64,000 nt of DNA, taken from the NCBI GenBank assembly GCA_023459355.1, contig JAEWUM010000033.1, positions 68,480 through 132,479 on the forward strand, written 5' to 3'. Below are positions 28,935-39,348 of this stretch, piece after piece; within the stretch, counting starts at the first letter, position 1; every line of letters begins with the position of its first letter. A model generated the notes under the pieces. The model did not search any database and was not told the DNA's origin. It worked only from the letters and a program-made list of their open reading frames with translations. Source of the DNA: Bacteroidota bacterium. GTDB taxonomy: Bacteria > Bacteroidota > Bacteroidia > Bacteroidales > Paludibacteraceae. The position numbers were made by a program, and so were the translations under genes.

Positions 28935-30593
28935 ATGAAAACAACAATTATAAATAAAAAAACAACATTCCCGGTTTTTATGACCGTGTTCATGTTTATG
29001 GTTACAGCATGTTCGGATTTATTAATGGAGAAACCGGAATCTTATTATTTTACGGAAAAAATCTTTGAAAGTCTTGATAGAGCGCAGTTGGGATTGAACG
29101 GTGTATATGCTTCCTTGGCGGGAATCGAACATTACGGACAATGGGAAATGGCCATGGCTACTTCTGATGATATGTATTGTATCAGTGGTACAAATAGTGA
29201 TGGAACTCGCCGGGATATATCTCATTACCAACTTTCTACATCGAATGTGTGGATCTCAGACTTGTGGAAAAATAAGTACAGGGGAATTGAATCAGCCAAT
29301 AGTATGCTGAATGGCTTACGCGGTATGAAAGAATATATTGATGGGGAAGAAGATGCGTTGCGTATAGAAGGTGAAGTGTTGTTTTTACGCGCCTTGCTTT
29401 CTTTTGATCTGATTCGTTATTGGGGCGATGTGCCTTATAAAACGGAACAAACAACTTTTGAGACTTCTTATTTGCCTCGTACCGATAAGGAAGTTATCTA
29501 TGGTCAAATTATTGAAGATCTAAATAAATCTAAAACCCTTTTGAAATGGGCTACAGCTACTACCAATAACGAGCGTGCCACGCAGGGTGCTGCACGCGCT
29601 TTGCTTATGCGGGTGTATCTGCACAGAGCCGGTTATTCGTTGGATTCAGAAACAGCTCAGTATGTTATCAAGGATGAAGTGGAACGTCAAGAGTATTTCC
29701 AATTGGTTCTGGATGAATATCAGGCCTTTCTGGATAATGGATTTCATGGATTTTGTGCGGATGGATATGAACAACTCTGGAAAAACTATTGTGAAAATAA
29801 AATAGATCCGAAAGAAAGCATTTTCGAAATCGCATTTTTTACTCCTGATGGATCGAAAGAGAGCGCCGGAACTTGGGCAACTTACATTGGTCCTATTGTT
29901 GACTCTAAACATCCGTCGGGCAGAGCTAATGGTTTTTTCAGGGTATTGCCCGAATGGTTTGGTTATTATGCCGCCGGAGATGTACGCCGCGATTTGAATA
30001 TGTGTAATTTTAAAGTTGGTCCGAACGGTGAACAAATACTCCAGAATAATAAAACTTATTTCCCAGGAAAATGGAGGCGCTATTGGGTAAAAGATAAACC
30101 TAAAGACCCAAATAATACGGATGTAAATTATGTGTTCTTACGTTATTCCGATGTGTTACTGATGGCTGCTGAAGCTTATAATGAACGGGGAAATGCTACA
30201 GAAGCCGTGAAACTTATTAATCAGGTACGTAGCAGGGCAAACGCTCCGGTCTGGGATGAAACTGTTGCCGGCGGTAAATATACGGACTTATTCAAAGCGC
30301 CTCAGGTAGCTGATCTTGCGTACATCGACGATTCTGATATGAAAGGAAAAATACGTACAGCTTTGTATTGGGAACGAGGGTTTGAGTTGTGTTACGAAGG
30401 AACACGTAAGTATGACCTGATTCGTTGGGGAATATTAGCGGAAGCGATTCAATTACATAAAAATACCAGATATGGTGCTGGTTATGCCGCTCCCCAAAAC
30501 TTTCAGAAATTTAAACATGAACTGTTTCCTGTTCCTTTAAATGAAATGCAGGTGAATGTTCAATTGGAAAATAAAAATAATCCGAACTATTAA
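28935..30593 (+). CDS. susD: SusD/RagB family lipoprotein
   Basis: Lipobox VTA-C-SDLL; GEVLFLRALLSFDLIRYWGDVP, LRYSDVLLMAAEA, WERGFELCYEGTRKYDLIRWG. Confidence 0.95.
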   Translation: MKTTIINKKTTFPVFMTVFMFMVTACSDLLMEKPESYYFTEKIFESLDRAQLGLNGVYASLAGIEHYGQWEMAMATSDDMYCISGTNSDGTRRDISHYQLSTSNVWISDLWKNKYRGIESANSMLNGLRGMKEYIDGEEDALRIEGEVLFLRALLSFDLIRYWGDVPYKTEQTTFETSYLPRTDKEVIYGQIIEDLNKSKTLLKWATATTNNERATQGAARALLMRVYLHRAGYSLDSETAQYVIKDEVERQEYFQLVLDEYQAFLDNGFHGFCADGYEQLWKNYCENKIDPKESIFEIAFFTPDGSKESAGTWATYIGPIVDSKHPSGRANGFFRVLPEWFGYYAAGDVRRDLNMCNFKVGPNGEQILQNNKTYFPGKWRRYWVKDKPKDPNNTDVNYVFLRYSDVLLMAAEAYNERGNATEAVKLINQVRSRANAPVWDETVAGGKYTDLFKAPQVADLAYIDDSDMKGKIRTALYWERGFELCYEGTRKYDLIRWGILAEAIQLHKNTRYGAGYAAPQNFQKFKHELFPVPLNEMQVNVQLENKNNPNY

Positions 30594-30649
30594 TTAAAAG
30601 AATGATTAAATTACTGCATCGAGAGTTCTATGCATAAAAAACAAATCGT

Positions 30650-31384
30650 ATGAGAAAAATTGTATTTTCAGTTTTGGCTGTATTGCTTTCCATTCCTGTT
30701 TTTGCACAAGGTTTTTCCGCTTTTATTGTAGAAGGTTCATTACACCCTGCTGTCATTAAAAATGCCAAAGGAGATGAACCGTCTTCTATCGAGATAATTG
30801 TTTCACCGAAATCGGATGTGTCGAACATTAATTTTAAATACCGTTTGTTAAGTGGATGTAGCGTATCACCTGCAATTACTGCTGATTTTACTCAACCTCA
30901 AAAGGTACTGGTTACTAAAAACGATGGTACTTCAAAGGAATGGATCCTGTATGTTAAACAACTGACCCCGGCATCTTTACCGCTGGAACTTTCTTTTTCA
31001 ACAGATAATCCTTCTGAATGGAACCACAAAGTAAAGGGTTGGGCTGCATTGGGTGTAGATCAATCGAAACCGACAGTAATTCGCTTCGGAAACAAAGCTG
31101 TCTCTTTTTGGGTAGCTTTCAACGAACCTGCAAAACAGTTGAAATATGAACTGAAGATGGTTTCCAAAGAAAAAGTAAATTTTGATGGAGAATTTATTGT
31201 GGAAACTTCAGCAGATGGTCAAAAGTGGAAGATACTGAAAGAGTTTGATGAAACGAATCAAATCAGTGTTGACGGAAATTATCAGCATGATTTATCGAAA
31301 GATGTACGGTTTATTCGCTGGACTTATATCACGAGAAATAAACTGAATCTCAATCTGAACAATATTGAAGTGACAGCAGAATGA
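30650..31384 (+). CDS. Uncharacterised exported protein with probable galactose-binding-like beta-sandwich; paralog of 38187..39209
   Basis: Sec signal with no lipobox and no CTD; VETSADGQKWK and VRFIRWTY resemble F5/8 / CBM32-like strands. Confidence 0.7.
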   Translation: MRKIVFSVLAVLLSIPVFAQGFSAFIVEGSLHPAVIKNAKGDEPSSIEIIVSPKSDVSNINFKYRLLSGCSVSPAITADFTQPQKVLVTKNDGTSKEWILYVKQLTPASLPLELSFSTDNPSEWNHKVKGWAALGVDQSKPTVIRFGNKAVSFWVAFNEPAKQLKYELKMVSKEKVNFDGEFIVETSADGQKWKILKEFDETNQISVDGNYQHDLSKDVRFIRWTYITRNKLNLNLNNIEVTAE

Positions 31385-32325
31385 ATGCGATAGGGATTGA
31401 CTTGGGAGGTACATTTATTAAATTCGGCATAATCAGTCCGGGGGGAGAAGTTTTGTATGAGGATATCATGGAAAGCAACGCCCGTTCGTCTGCCGAAAAC
31501 GTAATTGATAATCTCATTTCAGCAATTAAAAGCTGTCAGCATGTTGCACAAAAAGAAGCGTTAGCAATTGCCGGTGTAGGAATCGGATCTCCGGGAATTA
31601 TTGATAAAACATACCGTATTGTGCTCGGAGGAGCTGATAACATCGAAGGTTGGTTCAATCTTAACCTTGCTGATCGGATTGAGCCGGAAGTCAATCTTCC
31701 GGTTCTTTTAAACAACGATGCGAATCTGATGGGCCTTGGAGAGCAGGCTTTCGGAGCTGCACGCGACTGTTCCGATGTTGTTTTTATTACAGTAGGAACG
31801 GGTATAGGAGGAGCGGTAATCATCGACGGAAAGCTTTTTGGTGGTTACGACAACAGAGGTACGGAACTGGGGCATATTCCATTGTTTGCAAGTGGTATTC
31901 CTTGTTCCTGTGGTGGTGTAGGTTGTCTTGAGGCTTATGCTTCAACTACCGCGTTGGTCAGCATGTTCAGGGAAAAATGCCGTTATGCCGGAATCAGCTT
32001 TCAGGAGGAAATAAATGGCAAGTTAATTATCAGACTTTATCAGGAAAAACATTCGATTGCCGTTGAAGTTTTCAATGATCATGTTGATTATCTGGGACAT
32101 GGAATTGCCGGTTTGGTCAATATCTTTAGTCCGCAACGCGTGGTCATTGGCGGGGGAATTTCCGAAGCCGGAGATTTCTATATTGCTTCGGTTGATCAGG
32201 CTTTCCGCAAATATGTTATGCCGGATTGTGCTGTAAATACAACGATTTGTGCTGCTGTCCTTGGAAATCGCGCCGGAATGATGGGCGCTGCCCGATGGGT
32301 TTTTATGAAAACAGTGTTAAGTTAA
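31381..32325 (+). CDS. ROK family sugar kinase (likely GlcN/GlcNAc kinase)
   Basis: [39 protein letters not shown]; no N-terminal HTH; ATGA overlap with the upstream gene. Confidence 0.92.
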   Translation: MNAIGIDLGGTFIKFGIISPGGEVLYEDIMESNARSSAENVIDNLISAIKSCQHVAQKEALAIAGVGIGSPGIIDKTYRIVLGGADNIEGWFNLNLADRIEPEVNLPVLLNNDANLMGLGEQAFGAARDCSDVVFITVGTGIGGAVIIDGKLFGGYDNRGTELGHIPLFASGIPCSCGGVGCLEAYASTTALVSMFREKCRYAGISFQEEINGKLIIRLYQEKHSIAVEVFNDHVDYLGHGIAGLVNIFSPQRVVIGGGISEAGDFYIASVDQAFRKYVMPDCAVNTTICAAVLGNRAGMMGAARWVFMKTVLS

Positions 32326-32341
32326 ATTAAAAAATAATATT

Positions 32342-34660
32342 ATGAAACGAATCGTACCTGCTTTTGGGGTATTACTTTCGATATTGCTTGTTAACATCAG
32401 TAATCTTCCTGCTCAGGCTAAGCCGGATGTGAAATGGCAAACAATTGAGGGCGTTTATATGCCCGTCCCTCCAAAAGTACATCCCCGCCTTTATCTCAGG
32501 GCTGAACATATAGCCGGACTGTCTGAACGCGTCAAAGATCCGGTTTTGAAAAAAGTTTGGAATGATCTACAGAAACTCAGGCAAGATAAGACACAGGAAG
32601 AAATTCCGGAAGAAAAAACATGGCGGTATTATTTTGACACAAAAGGGCTACTCACAAGAGTAGAACTCAGTGCGCTTGAGTATTTGATGACCCATGATCC
32701 TGCTCATGCGCGTGCTGCCATTGATATGATTGCAGATACCCTTGAAACGGCGGTATATCCGCACATAAGTGATATTTCAAGAGCAATCGGACGCCTTATG
32801 GTGTCAGGATCGATCGTGTATGACTGGTGCTATGATCAATTAACCCCTGCAGAAAAAACCCGCTTTGTAAATGCTTTTGTACGGTTAGCCAAAATGCTTG
32901 AGTGTGGTTATCCGCCTGTTAAAGATAATTCGATTGTGGGGCATGCATCCGAATGGATGATTATGCGTGATTTGATTTCCACCGGAATAGCGATATATGA
33001 TGAGTATCCGGAGATGTATCACCTCGCTGCCGGTCGTTTTTTCAGGGAACATTTACCAGCCCGTAACTGGTTTTATCCCGGACAGGCATATCACCAGGGG
33101 ATGTCGTATCTGAATGTCCGTTTTTCGAATGACTTGTTCGCGCTCTGGATATTCGACAGAATGGGAGCCGGTAATGTCTACCATCCTGCTCAACAATATA
33201 TTCTGTATGATATGATTTATAAACGCAGGCCGGACGGACAAATCATGCCGGGAGGAGATGTAAATTACACGCGGAAGCGGCAGGCAACCTATTCGTTACC
33301 GTCATTACTCGCCGGTAGTTATTATAAAGACGAATATATCAATTACGAATACATGAGGGATCCGCGGGTGGATAATCAAAATAAAATTTTTGAATTCTTG
33401 TGGCGCGACACAAAACTGGGTGTGAGAAAAGCGGATGACTTGCCGCTTACCCGTTACTCCGGATTTCCTTTTGGCTGGATGATCGCCCGTACAGGCTGGG
33501 GTGCGGAAAGTGTCATTGCTGAAATGAAAATTAACGAGTATAATTTTCTGAACCATCAGCATCACGATGCCGGCGCTTTCCAGCTTTATTACAAAGGACC
33601 GTTGGCTATTGATGCCGGAACTTATCAGGGATCGTCGGGCGGCTATAACAGTCCGCACAACAAAAACTTTTTCAAACGAACTATCGCACACAATAGTTTA
33701 TTAATTCTCGATCCTGATGAAAAATTTCCTGCGTCGGGTTATGGCGGAGCCGATAAATCGGATTTCGTTACCAATGATGGCGGTCAGCGTTTACCCAATA
33801 ACTGGAGACCGGCAGCTACACTGGAGGAGTTGTTGTCGGGCGATTTTAAAACAGGGGAAGTGTTGGCAAAATCATTTGGACCCGATAGTGTGAAACCTGA
33901 ATATTCTTATTTAAAAGGGGATATCACGCAGGCCTATTCATCAAAAGTAAAAGAAGTAAAACGTTCGTTCGTGTTTCTGAATCTGAAACGGACAGATACT
34001 CCGGCAACACTGATTGTTTTCGATAAAATTGTTTCAGCCAACGCTGGATTTAAGAAAACATGGCTTCTACACAGTATTGAACAACCCGAAATAGAAGGTA
34101 ACCGGATTACGATCGGCAGAACAAAAGACGGAGATAGTGGCGTGTTGGTAAATACGATGTTATTACCGGAAAAAGATAATGCGGAAATTACCCCTGTTGG
34201 CGGTGAAGGAAAAGAATTTTGGGTGTCGGGAGTTAACTATCCTAATGAACCGAGAGGCGGGCAGGATGAAGCCAACGAACGGGGAGCATGGCGTGTTGAA
34301 ATATCGCCGCTTCGGACATCTGCAGAAGATTACTATCTCAATGTAATGCAGGTTACTGATGCAGAGCAAAAGATTATTTGTGATGTAAAACGCATCGAAG
34401 GAGAAAAAATTATTGGTGTGCAGCTTGCGGATCGTGTTGTTACATTCAGCAAGAATATGAACCTTATAGGTAGCGGTTACAACCTGAAAGTAACCGGAAA
34501 AAACACCTTTAAATTTGTGATTACTGACATGGAGCAGGGAAACTGGCAGGTGTTGAAAAACGGAAAAGTATTCATAAAATCGTTGACGGTTGAAGAAGGA
34601 GAGCATGTGCTGCATTTCAGTGGTAAAAAAGGAACGTACCGATTTGTCAGACTAAAATAA
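32342..34660 (+). CDS. hepB: Heparinase II (heparin/heparan sulfate lyase, PL21)
   Basis: Long stretches recognisable from Pedobacter heparinus heparinase [79 protein letters not shown]. Catalytic His/Tyr/His residues are present. Confidence 0.93.
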   Translation: MKRIVPAFGVLLSILLVNISNLPAQAKPDVKWQTIEGVYMPVPPKVHPRLYLRAEHIAGLSERVKDPVLKKVWNDLQKLRQDKTQEEIPEEKTWRYYFDTKGLLTRVELSALEYLMTHDPAHARAAIDMIADTLETAVYPHISDISRAIGRLMVSGSIVYDWCYDQLTPAEKTRFVNAFVRLAKMLECGYPPVKDNSIVGHASEWMIMRDLISTGIAIYDEYPEMYHLAAGRFFREHLPARNWFYPGQAYHQGMSYLNVRFSNDLFALWIFDRMGAGNVYHPAQQYILYDMIYKRRPDGQIMPGGDVNYTRKRQATYSLPSLLAGSYYKDEYINYEYMRDPRVDNQNKIFEFLWRDTKLGVRKADDLPLTRYSGFPFGWMIARTGWGAESVIAEMKINEYNFLNHQHHDAGAFQLYYKGPLAIDAGTYQGSSGGYNSPHNKNFFKRTIAHNSLLILDPDEKFPASGYGGADKSDFVTNDGGQRLPNNWRPAATLEELLSGDFKTGEVLAKSFGPDSVKPEYSYLKGDITQAYSSKVKEVKRSFVFLNLKRTDTPATLIVFDKIVSANAGFKKTWLLHSIEQPEIEGNRITIGRTKDGDSGVLVNTMLLPEKDNAEITPVGGEGKEFWVSGVNYPNEPRGGQDEANERGAWRVEISPLRTSAEDYYLNVMQVTDAEQKIICDVKRIEGEKIIGVQLADRVVTFSKNMNLIGSGYNLKVTGKNTFKFVITDMEQGNWQVLKNGKVFIKSLTVEEGEHVLHFSGKKGTYRFVRLK

Positions 34661-34792
34661 GTTCAAGAATCGAAATGTAAGGAGCAATTGTTGATTTTAT
34701 CATGAAAGAGTGGGAACTATCATTCTTCTTGATGTTTCTTTTCGTTTTATCATCGAGTGAAATTTACTCGGAAGAAAATAAATCCGGTATCA

Positions 34793-36757
34793 ATGAAACA
34801 AAATTTATTACTTACAGGATCGGTTGCCTTGATATGTACAAATTTGTTTTCAGCAAATAGAACGAGGCCAATTGATCAACGTCCCAATATCTTATGGTTG
34901 ACATTCGAAGATACTAGTGCTTCGGAATTGGGATGTTACGGTAACAAAGATGTGCAAACTCCGGTTATCGACTCCCTTGCAGCCAAAGGAATTCAATATA
35001 TGAATGTGTGGTCGTCGGCACCGCAAAGTTCGCCGGCTCGTTCGTCTTTGATAACGGGTTGCTATGCTACTACATTCGGTATGGATGTGCATCCGGTTCC
35101 ACAAATTACTCCCGAGCATATTTTCTTTCCCAGCTTACTTCGGGATGCAGGTTATTATTGCATCAATAATGATAAAACTCATTACAACAGTATAACCGAT
35201 AACCGTATTTGCTGGGATGAATCATCCCCAAAAGCAAGCTATAGCAGTTCCGTCGGGAAAGAAAACCGGCCTTTTTTTGCCGTATTCAACACCGTTACTT
35301 CTCACATGGGCAGGATACGTACTTTTCATGTGGACAACAGGAGGGATTACAGTAAAGAAGGTATCTTGAAGGAAGAACTTAATTTGCCGCCTCATGTACC
35401 GGATTTGCCAGAAGTCCGTTCCGACTATGCCGGACATCTGGAAGCTGTTCAAGATGTTGATAAATGGGTGGGATTGTTTCTGCATGATTTAAAAGAGAAG
35501 GGGTTGGATGATAATACGATTGTTTTTGTCTTCAGCGACCATGGCGGATGTTTGCCACGAGGAAAAGGGTATCTTTACGAAACAGGTCTTAAAATCCCTC
35601 TGATTGTTTATTTACCCCCAAAATGGCAGCATTTGACGACTACAAAACCCGGAACCAAAGACTATACACCGATTGATTTTACGGATTTTGCTCCTACTTT
35701 ATTGAGTATTACCGGGGTAAAGATTCCGAAGTTTTATCAGGGAGTTTCTTTTCTGGGCGAAAAGGCTTCGGTAAAAAAGAAATCACATAATATCGGTTTT
35801 GCCGCTAATCAATTACATCACTATATGCCGATGAGGGCAGCGAGCGATGGCCGATTTAAATATATCCGCAGTTATATCCCATATAAACAATTTGCTCTTC
35901 GAAACTATTATCAGTGGGGAATGCCCTCCAATATGGCTTGGGATAGTCTGTGGCTGAACGAATTGATTGATGATAAAGAAGCATTACGACAGCCTTACGT
36001 GCATCATCGACACGAAATGTTGTTTGATTTGACAAACGACCCATCCGAATTACATGATTTATCGACCGATCCTTTGTATCAAAAAGAATTGAAAAAGCTA
36101 AGAAAAATTGTGTCCGATCATGTTAGGTCAACAAAAGATTTGGGCTTTTTTATTCCTTCTTTCCGCGAGAGGAAAAACCTTTTTGAGATGGTACGTGGCT
36201 CGAAATATCCTTTGGCTAAACTTCAGGTTTTTGCGGAATTGGCCGGAAATCCTGAAATAAAAGACCTGAAAAATATTCTACGTCATTTGAAAAGCGACGA
36301 CCCTAATTTTCGTTTCTGGGCTGCGGTTGCCATGTCTCAATTAGGGCTGACAAAACAGTATGATAAATGCCCCGATGAGTTGTTGCAATTATTGGATAAT
36401 GAAAATCCTCATGTGGCAGCGGAAGCGGCTTATGCCTGTGCTTGTCTTGGTAATCCGGAGTTGGGAATAAAAACCTTAATAGCTTCAAAGAATGAAGCTG
36501 ATATTAAGATTTATTATTCATTATTGGAATGTCTTTCGCTTGATAAAAATATGCACTCATTCATTTCGAATTACCGGGATTTGTTGGAAAACCAAGCCTG
36601 TAATTTACCGTATCAAGAAAATGAAGATGCTGGCTTAATGGCCAGAGGCATACTTGTCAATATCGGTGCATGGAAAATTCAAGATATCTACCGAGAAAAA
36701 TATAATCAAGGTCTAAAACTCAATAGAGGAAGAAGGCCAATGTTGCCACTTCCCTAA
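34793..36757 (+). CDS. Ser-type formylglycine sulfatase, sulfamidase-like (S1_8-like), with C-terminal HEAT-like repeats
   Basis: RPNILWLTFED, SSPARSSLITG, LPPHVPDLPEVRSD, SDHGGCLPRGKGYLYETG; C-terminal RFWAAVAMSQLG and LLDNENPHVAAEAAYA helical repeats. Confidence 0.8.
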   Translation: MKQNLLLTGSVALICTNLFSANRTRPIDQRPNILWLTFEDTSASELGCYGNKDVQTPVIDSLAAKGIQYMNVWSSAPQSSPARSSLITGCYATTFGMDVHPVPQITPEHIFFPSLLRDAGYYCINNDKTHYNSITDNRICWDESSPKASYSSSVGKENRPFFAVFNTVTSHMGRIRTFHVDNRRDYSKEGILKEELNLPPHVPDLPEVRSDYAGHLEAVQDVDKWVGLFLHDLKEKGLDDNTIVFVFSDHGGCLPRGKGYLYETGLKIPLIVYLPPKWQHLTTTKPGTKDYTPIDFTDFAPTLLSITGVKIPKFYQGVSFLGEKASVKKKSHNIGFAANQLHHYMPMRAASDGRFKYIRSYIPYKQFALRNYYQWGMPSNMAWDSLWLNELIDDKEALRQPYVHHRHEMLFDLTNDPSELHDLSTDPLYQKELKKLRKIVSDHVRSTKDLGFFIPSFRERKNLFEMVRGSKYPLAKLQVFAELAGNPEIKDLKNILRHLKSDDPNFRFWAAVAMSQLGLTKQYDKCPDELLQLLDNENPHVAAEAAYACACLGNPELGIKTLIASKNEADIKIYYSLLECLSLDKNMHSFISNYRDLLENQACNLPYQENEDAGLMARGILVNIGAWKIQDIYREKYNQGLKLNRGRRPMLPLP

Positions 36758-36776
36758 CAAATAAATTATTTGCATT

Positions 36777-37931
36777 ATGAATAGAATTTATATTATTTGT
36801 GTTTCATTGTTGCTAACTCGTTTAGTTACATTCTCTCAGGAACCGGATCCTTATGTTGCAGACCCGAATCCTGCACGTGAAATTCCTGGTATGGCACTTA
36901 TCTGGAGTGATGAATTCAACACGGATGGTAAACCTGATCCGAAAAACTGGAAGTATGAAAGGGGCTTTGTCCGAAATGAAGAACTACAATGGTATCAGCC
37001 GGATAATGTTAATTGCAGGGATGGACTGTTGGTAATTGAAGGAAAACAGGAACAAGTGGTTAATCCGAACTATTTGGAAGGCAGCACTGATTGGAAAAGA
37101 AACAGGCAATATGCGAATTACACTTCTTCGAGTATCATTTCACAGGGCTTACAACAGTTTCAGTATGGAAGATTTGAAATCAGAGCGCGTATTGATACGA
37201 CAATGGGCTCCTGGCCGGCTATCTGGACAAAAGGAATCAACGGAAAGTGGCCTTATTGCGGCGAAATCGATATTATGGAGTTTTACAGAGACAAAGTGAG
37301 TGGTATACGAACAAAGCCAATCCTGCTTGCCAATGTGGCCTGGGGACATGCTACTTATTCGTGGGGAGCATGGAATACGCAGAAAGTGGCATTGACGTAT
37401 TTTACAGCTAAGGATCCGGATTGGTGTGAAAAATTTCATGTGTGGCGAATGGACTGGACAGCAGATTCTATCAAGCTCTATCTGGATGATGAATTGTTAA
37501 ATACGACACCCGTTGATAAAACAAAGAACCCCGACGGATACGTTCCTCAGGAACCACACAGACAGAAACATTTTATTTTATTGAATCTGGCAATCGGAGC
37601 AAACGGAGGGAATCCTGTTGCCTCAGACTATCCGATTAAGTACGAAGTTGACTATGTACGGGTGTATCAGCCGATTCCTAATGCAGTGCAGGAAGAAAAA
37701 GAAAATAAATCCCGTATTTTTCCCAATCCTTTTGCCGATTTTTTAGTTGTAGACACCGAAGATGAAATTCAAAATATCAGTATTTATACTGTAACAGGGC
37801 AGTTGTTATTCCAACAAAATAGTTTGCCGGAGAGAAAACTGAATTTATCGGAACTTGAAAGTGGATATTACATCATCAGACTGAAATTTTATGATGGATA
37901 TGAATTAGTCAGGCAAATTATAAAAAAGTAA
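36777..37931 (+). CDS. GH16 glycoside hydrolase with T9SS CTD
   Basis: LIWSDEF, NEELQWY, YGRFEIRA, WPAIW, catalytic GEIDIME, FHVWRMDW, ILLNLAIG, VDYVRVYQ; CTD IFPNP..SGYYIIRL..IIKK. Confidence 0.92.
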   Translation: MNRIYIICVSLLLTRLVTFSQEPDPYVADPNPAREIPGMALIWSDEFNTDGKPDPKNWKYERGFVRNEELQWYQPDNVNCRDGLLVIEGKQEQVVNPNYLEGSTDWKRNRQYANYTSSSIISQGLQQFQYGRFEIRARIDTTMGSWPAIWTKGINGKWPYCGEIDIMEFYRDKVSGIRTKPILLANVAWGHATYSWGAWNTQKVALTYFTAKDPDWCEKFHVWRMDWTADSIKLYLDDELLNTTPVDKTKNPDGYVPQEPHRQKHFILLNLAIGANGGNPVASDYPIKYEVDYVRVYQPIPNAVQEEKENKSRIFPNPFADFLVVDTEDEIQNISIYTVTGQLLFQQNSLPERKLNLSELESGYYIIRLKFYDGYELVRQIIKK

Positions 37932-38075
37932 TAAAAAAAGAAGAGTTTGTTGATTAATAATGGTTAATTATCAGTGTTATATGTTGTTGTTCGTGTACTA
38001 GATAATAAAAATATAGAGATTTATACTGATTTTTTTTAAACCGGGAACTCAAATAAATGAGTTTAGAAGAATTTC

Positions 38076-38138
38076 AACAATAATGCAACTTTTTTCGACA
38101 AATCTGAAATTATACTAAAACAGGTTGCTTTAGCTTTG
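38076..38138 (+). promoter_or_regulatory. Candidate HTCS operator (21-bp direct repeat) plus -7 box
   Basis: AACAATAATGCAAC (38076) and GACAAATCTGAAAT (38097), then TAGCTTTG at 38131 (+34). Confidence 0.7.
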
Positions 38139-38186
38139 TACCTGATAATTGAAACAAATTTTCTGTAAACATTAAATTTTTAAAGC

Positions 38187-39209
38187 ATGAAAAAAACTAC
38201 TTTACTTTTAGCTGTGTTGGCGTTTACCATGTTATCTCACGCACAACGCATCAGTGAACTGACTGTTGAAGGAATTACTTCCCTTGTTCCTTTTGCTGCA
38301 TTTAATCCCAAGAATAATGTGGAAACAAATCCAGGCGACGGACAAATGATTTTTACGAATGCTGCTGATTTAAGTAACGTGAATGTGAGCTTGAATGTCG
38401 GAACCGATTCTTATGTTGAAGAACCAAATCCGCTTCCTACAAACTGGAGTTCTACTGTCTCTGGAATTAAAGTAACTAAAACTGATTTGTCTTCCTGGGC
38501 AAAGTATAACATCACCTTGAAGAAAATCAATCCTGCAAGTCTTCCCTTTGAAATTAAAACGGGGTCAGGAAATTTTGACAGCGACTCATGGACTCCCGAA
38601 ACTGTAGGTTGGGCAGGCGCTTGTATTGATAAAGGTCAGACTTTAATTCGATTCGGGTCAGTAAAACGTTCTTTTGTAGTTGCATTTACTGATGCACCTG
38701 ATTCGTTGTATTATACTATTAAATATTTGACAACCTCTTTCCCCACAGACGGAACTGTTGTTTTCGATGTAGATGGTTCTGCCGATGGTATTAACTGGAC
38801 TTCTATTAATCAATACAATGCAACTAATCCGATGCCGCTGTCTTCTCCTGCAGTAAAAGCTGAATTGAAAATAGCACCCCAGTATAGATATATACGTTGG
38901 ATTTTCACTAAACGTGGGTCAACAAACGTTTCACTTGAGAATATTTTGGTTACCAAAGACTCAACTACAGGAAACGCAACACATCTTGCCAATAGTGTAA
39001 AATTGTATCCGGTTGGTTCTAAGGCCTTACAGCTTGAAAGCTCAGAAGATGTAAAATCACTCCGTTTATACAATATAACCGGGACGATGGTGCTCGAAAA
39101 AATGAATCCAGGTTCTGAAATCAGTGTGAATGACCTGATTCCCGGAATCTATATTGGTGAAGTAAGACTGAAAAACGGGAATGTTATATCTAAAAAAATT
39201 AAATTCTGA
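38187..39209 (+). CDS. Uncharacterised T9SS-secreted protein, paralog of 30650..31384
   Basis: Sec signal; shares PASLP.E, GWA, IRFG..SF.VAF, SADG..W, R.IRW and NI.VT blocks with the paralog; CTD VKLYP..LYNITG..PGIYIG..KKIKF. Confidence 0.8.
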   Translation: MKKTTLLLAVLAFTMLSHAQRISELTVEGITSLVPFAAFNPKNNVETNPGDGQMIFTNAADLSNVNVSLNVGTDSYVEEPNPLPTNWSSTVSGIKVTKTDLSSWAKYNITLKKINPASLPFEIKTGSGNFDSDSWTPETVGWAGACIDKGQTLIRFGSVKRSFVVAFTDAPDSLYYTIKYLTTSFPTDGTVVFDVDGSADGINWTSINQYNATNPMPLSSPAVKAELKIAPQYRYIRWIFTKRGSTNVSLENILVTKDSTTGNATHLANSVKLYPVGSKALQLESSEDVKSLRLYNITGTMVLEKMNPGSEISVNDLIPGIYIGEVRLKNGNVISKKIKF

Positions 39210-39237
39210 TAATAGGTATAAAAAATAATTTGTGATG

Positions 39238-39285
39238 CTTCAGGCTGTTCGCGAAAAAACGAATAGCCTGAAGTTTTGTTTTTTT
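39238..39285 (+). terminator. Intrinsic terminator
   Basis: CTTCAGGCTGTTCG / CGAATAGCCTGAAG 14-bp stem with one G:U pair, followed by TTTTGTTTTTTT. Confidence 0.85.
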
Positions 39286-39297
39286 AATACTTTGTAA

Positions 39298-39305
39298 TAC
39301 ATTTG
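39298..39305 (+). promoter_or_regulatory. -7 promoter box for the HTCS gene
   Basis: TACATTTG about 45 nt upstream of the ATG at 39349, just after the terminator. Confidence 0.5.
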
Positions 39306-39348
39306 TTGCTGTAGCCACATGCATTGATTTTTCATAAAAAAACATCCA

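Noticed and set aside
31381..32325. ROK-family transcriptional repressor
   Set aside because: At 314 aa it starts directly with the GIDLGGT ATP-binding motif and has no HTH domain, so a kinase fits better.
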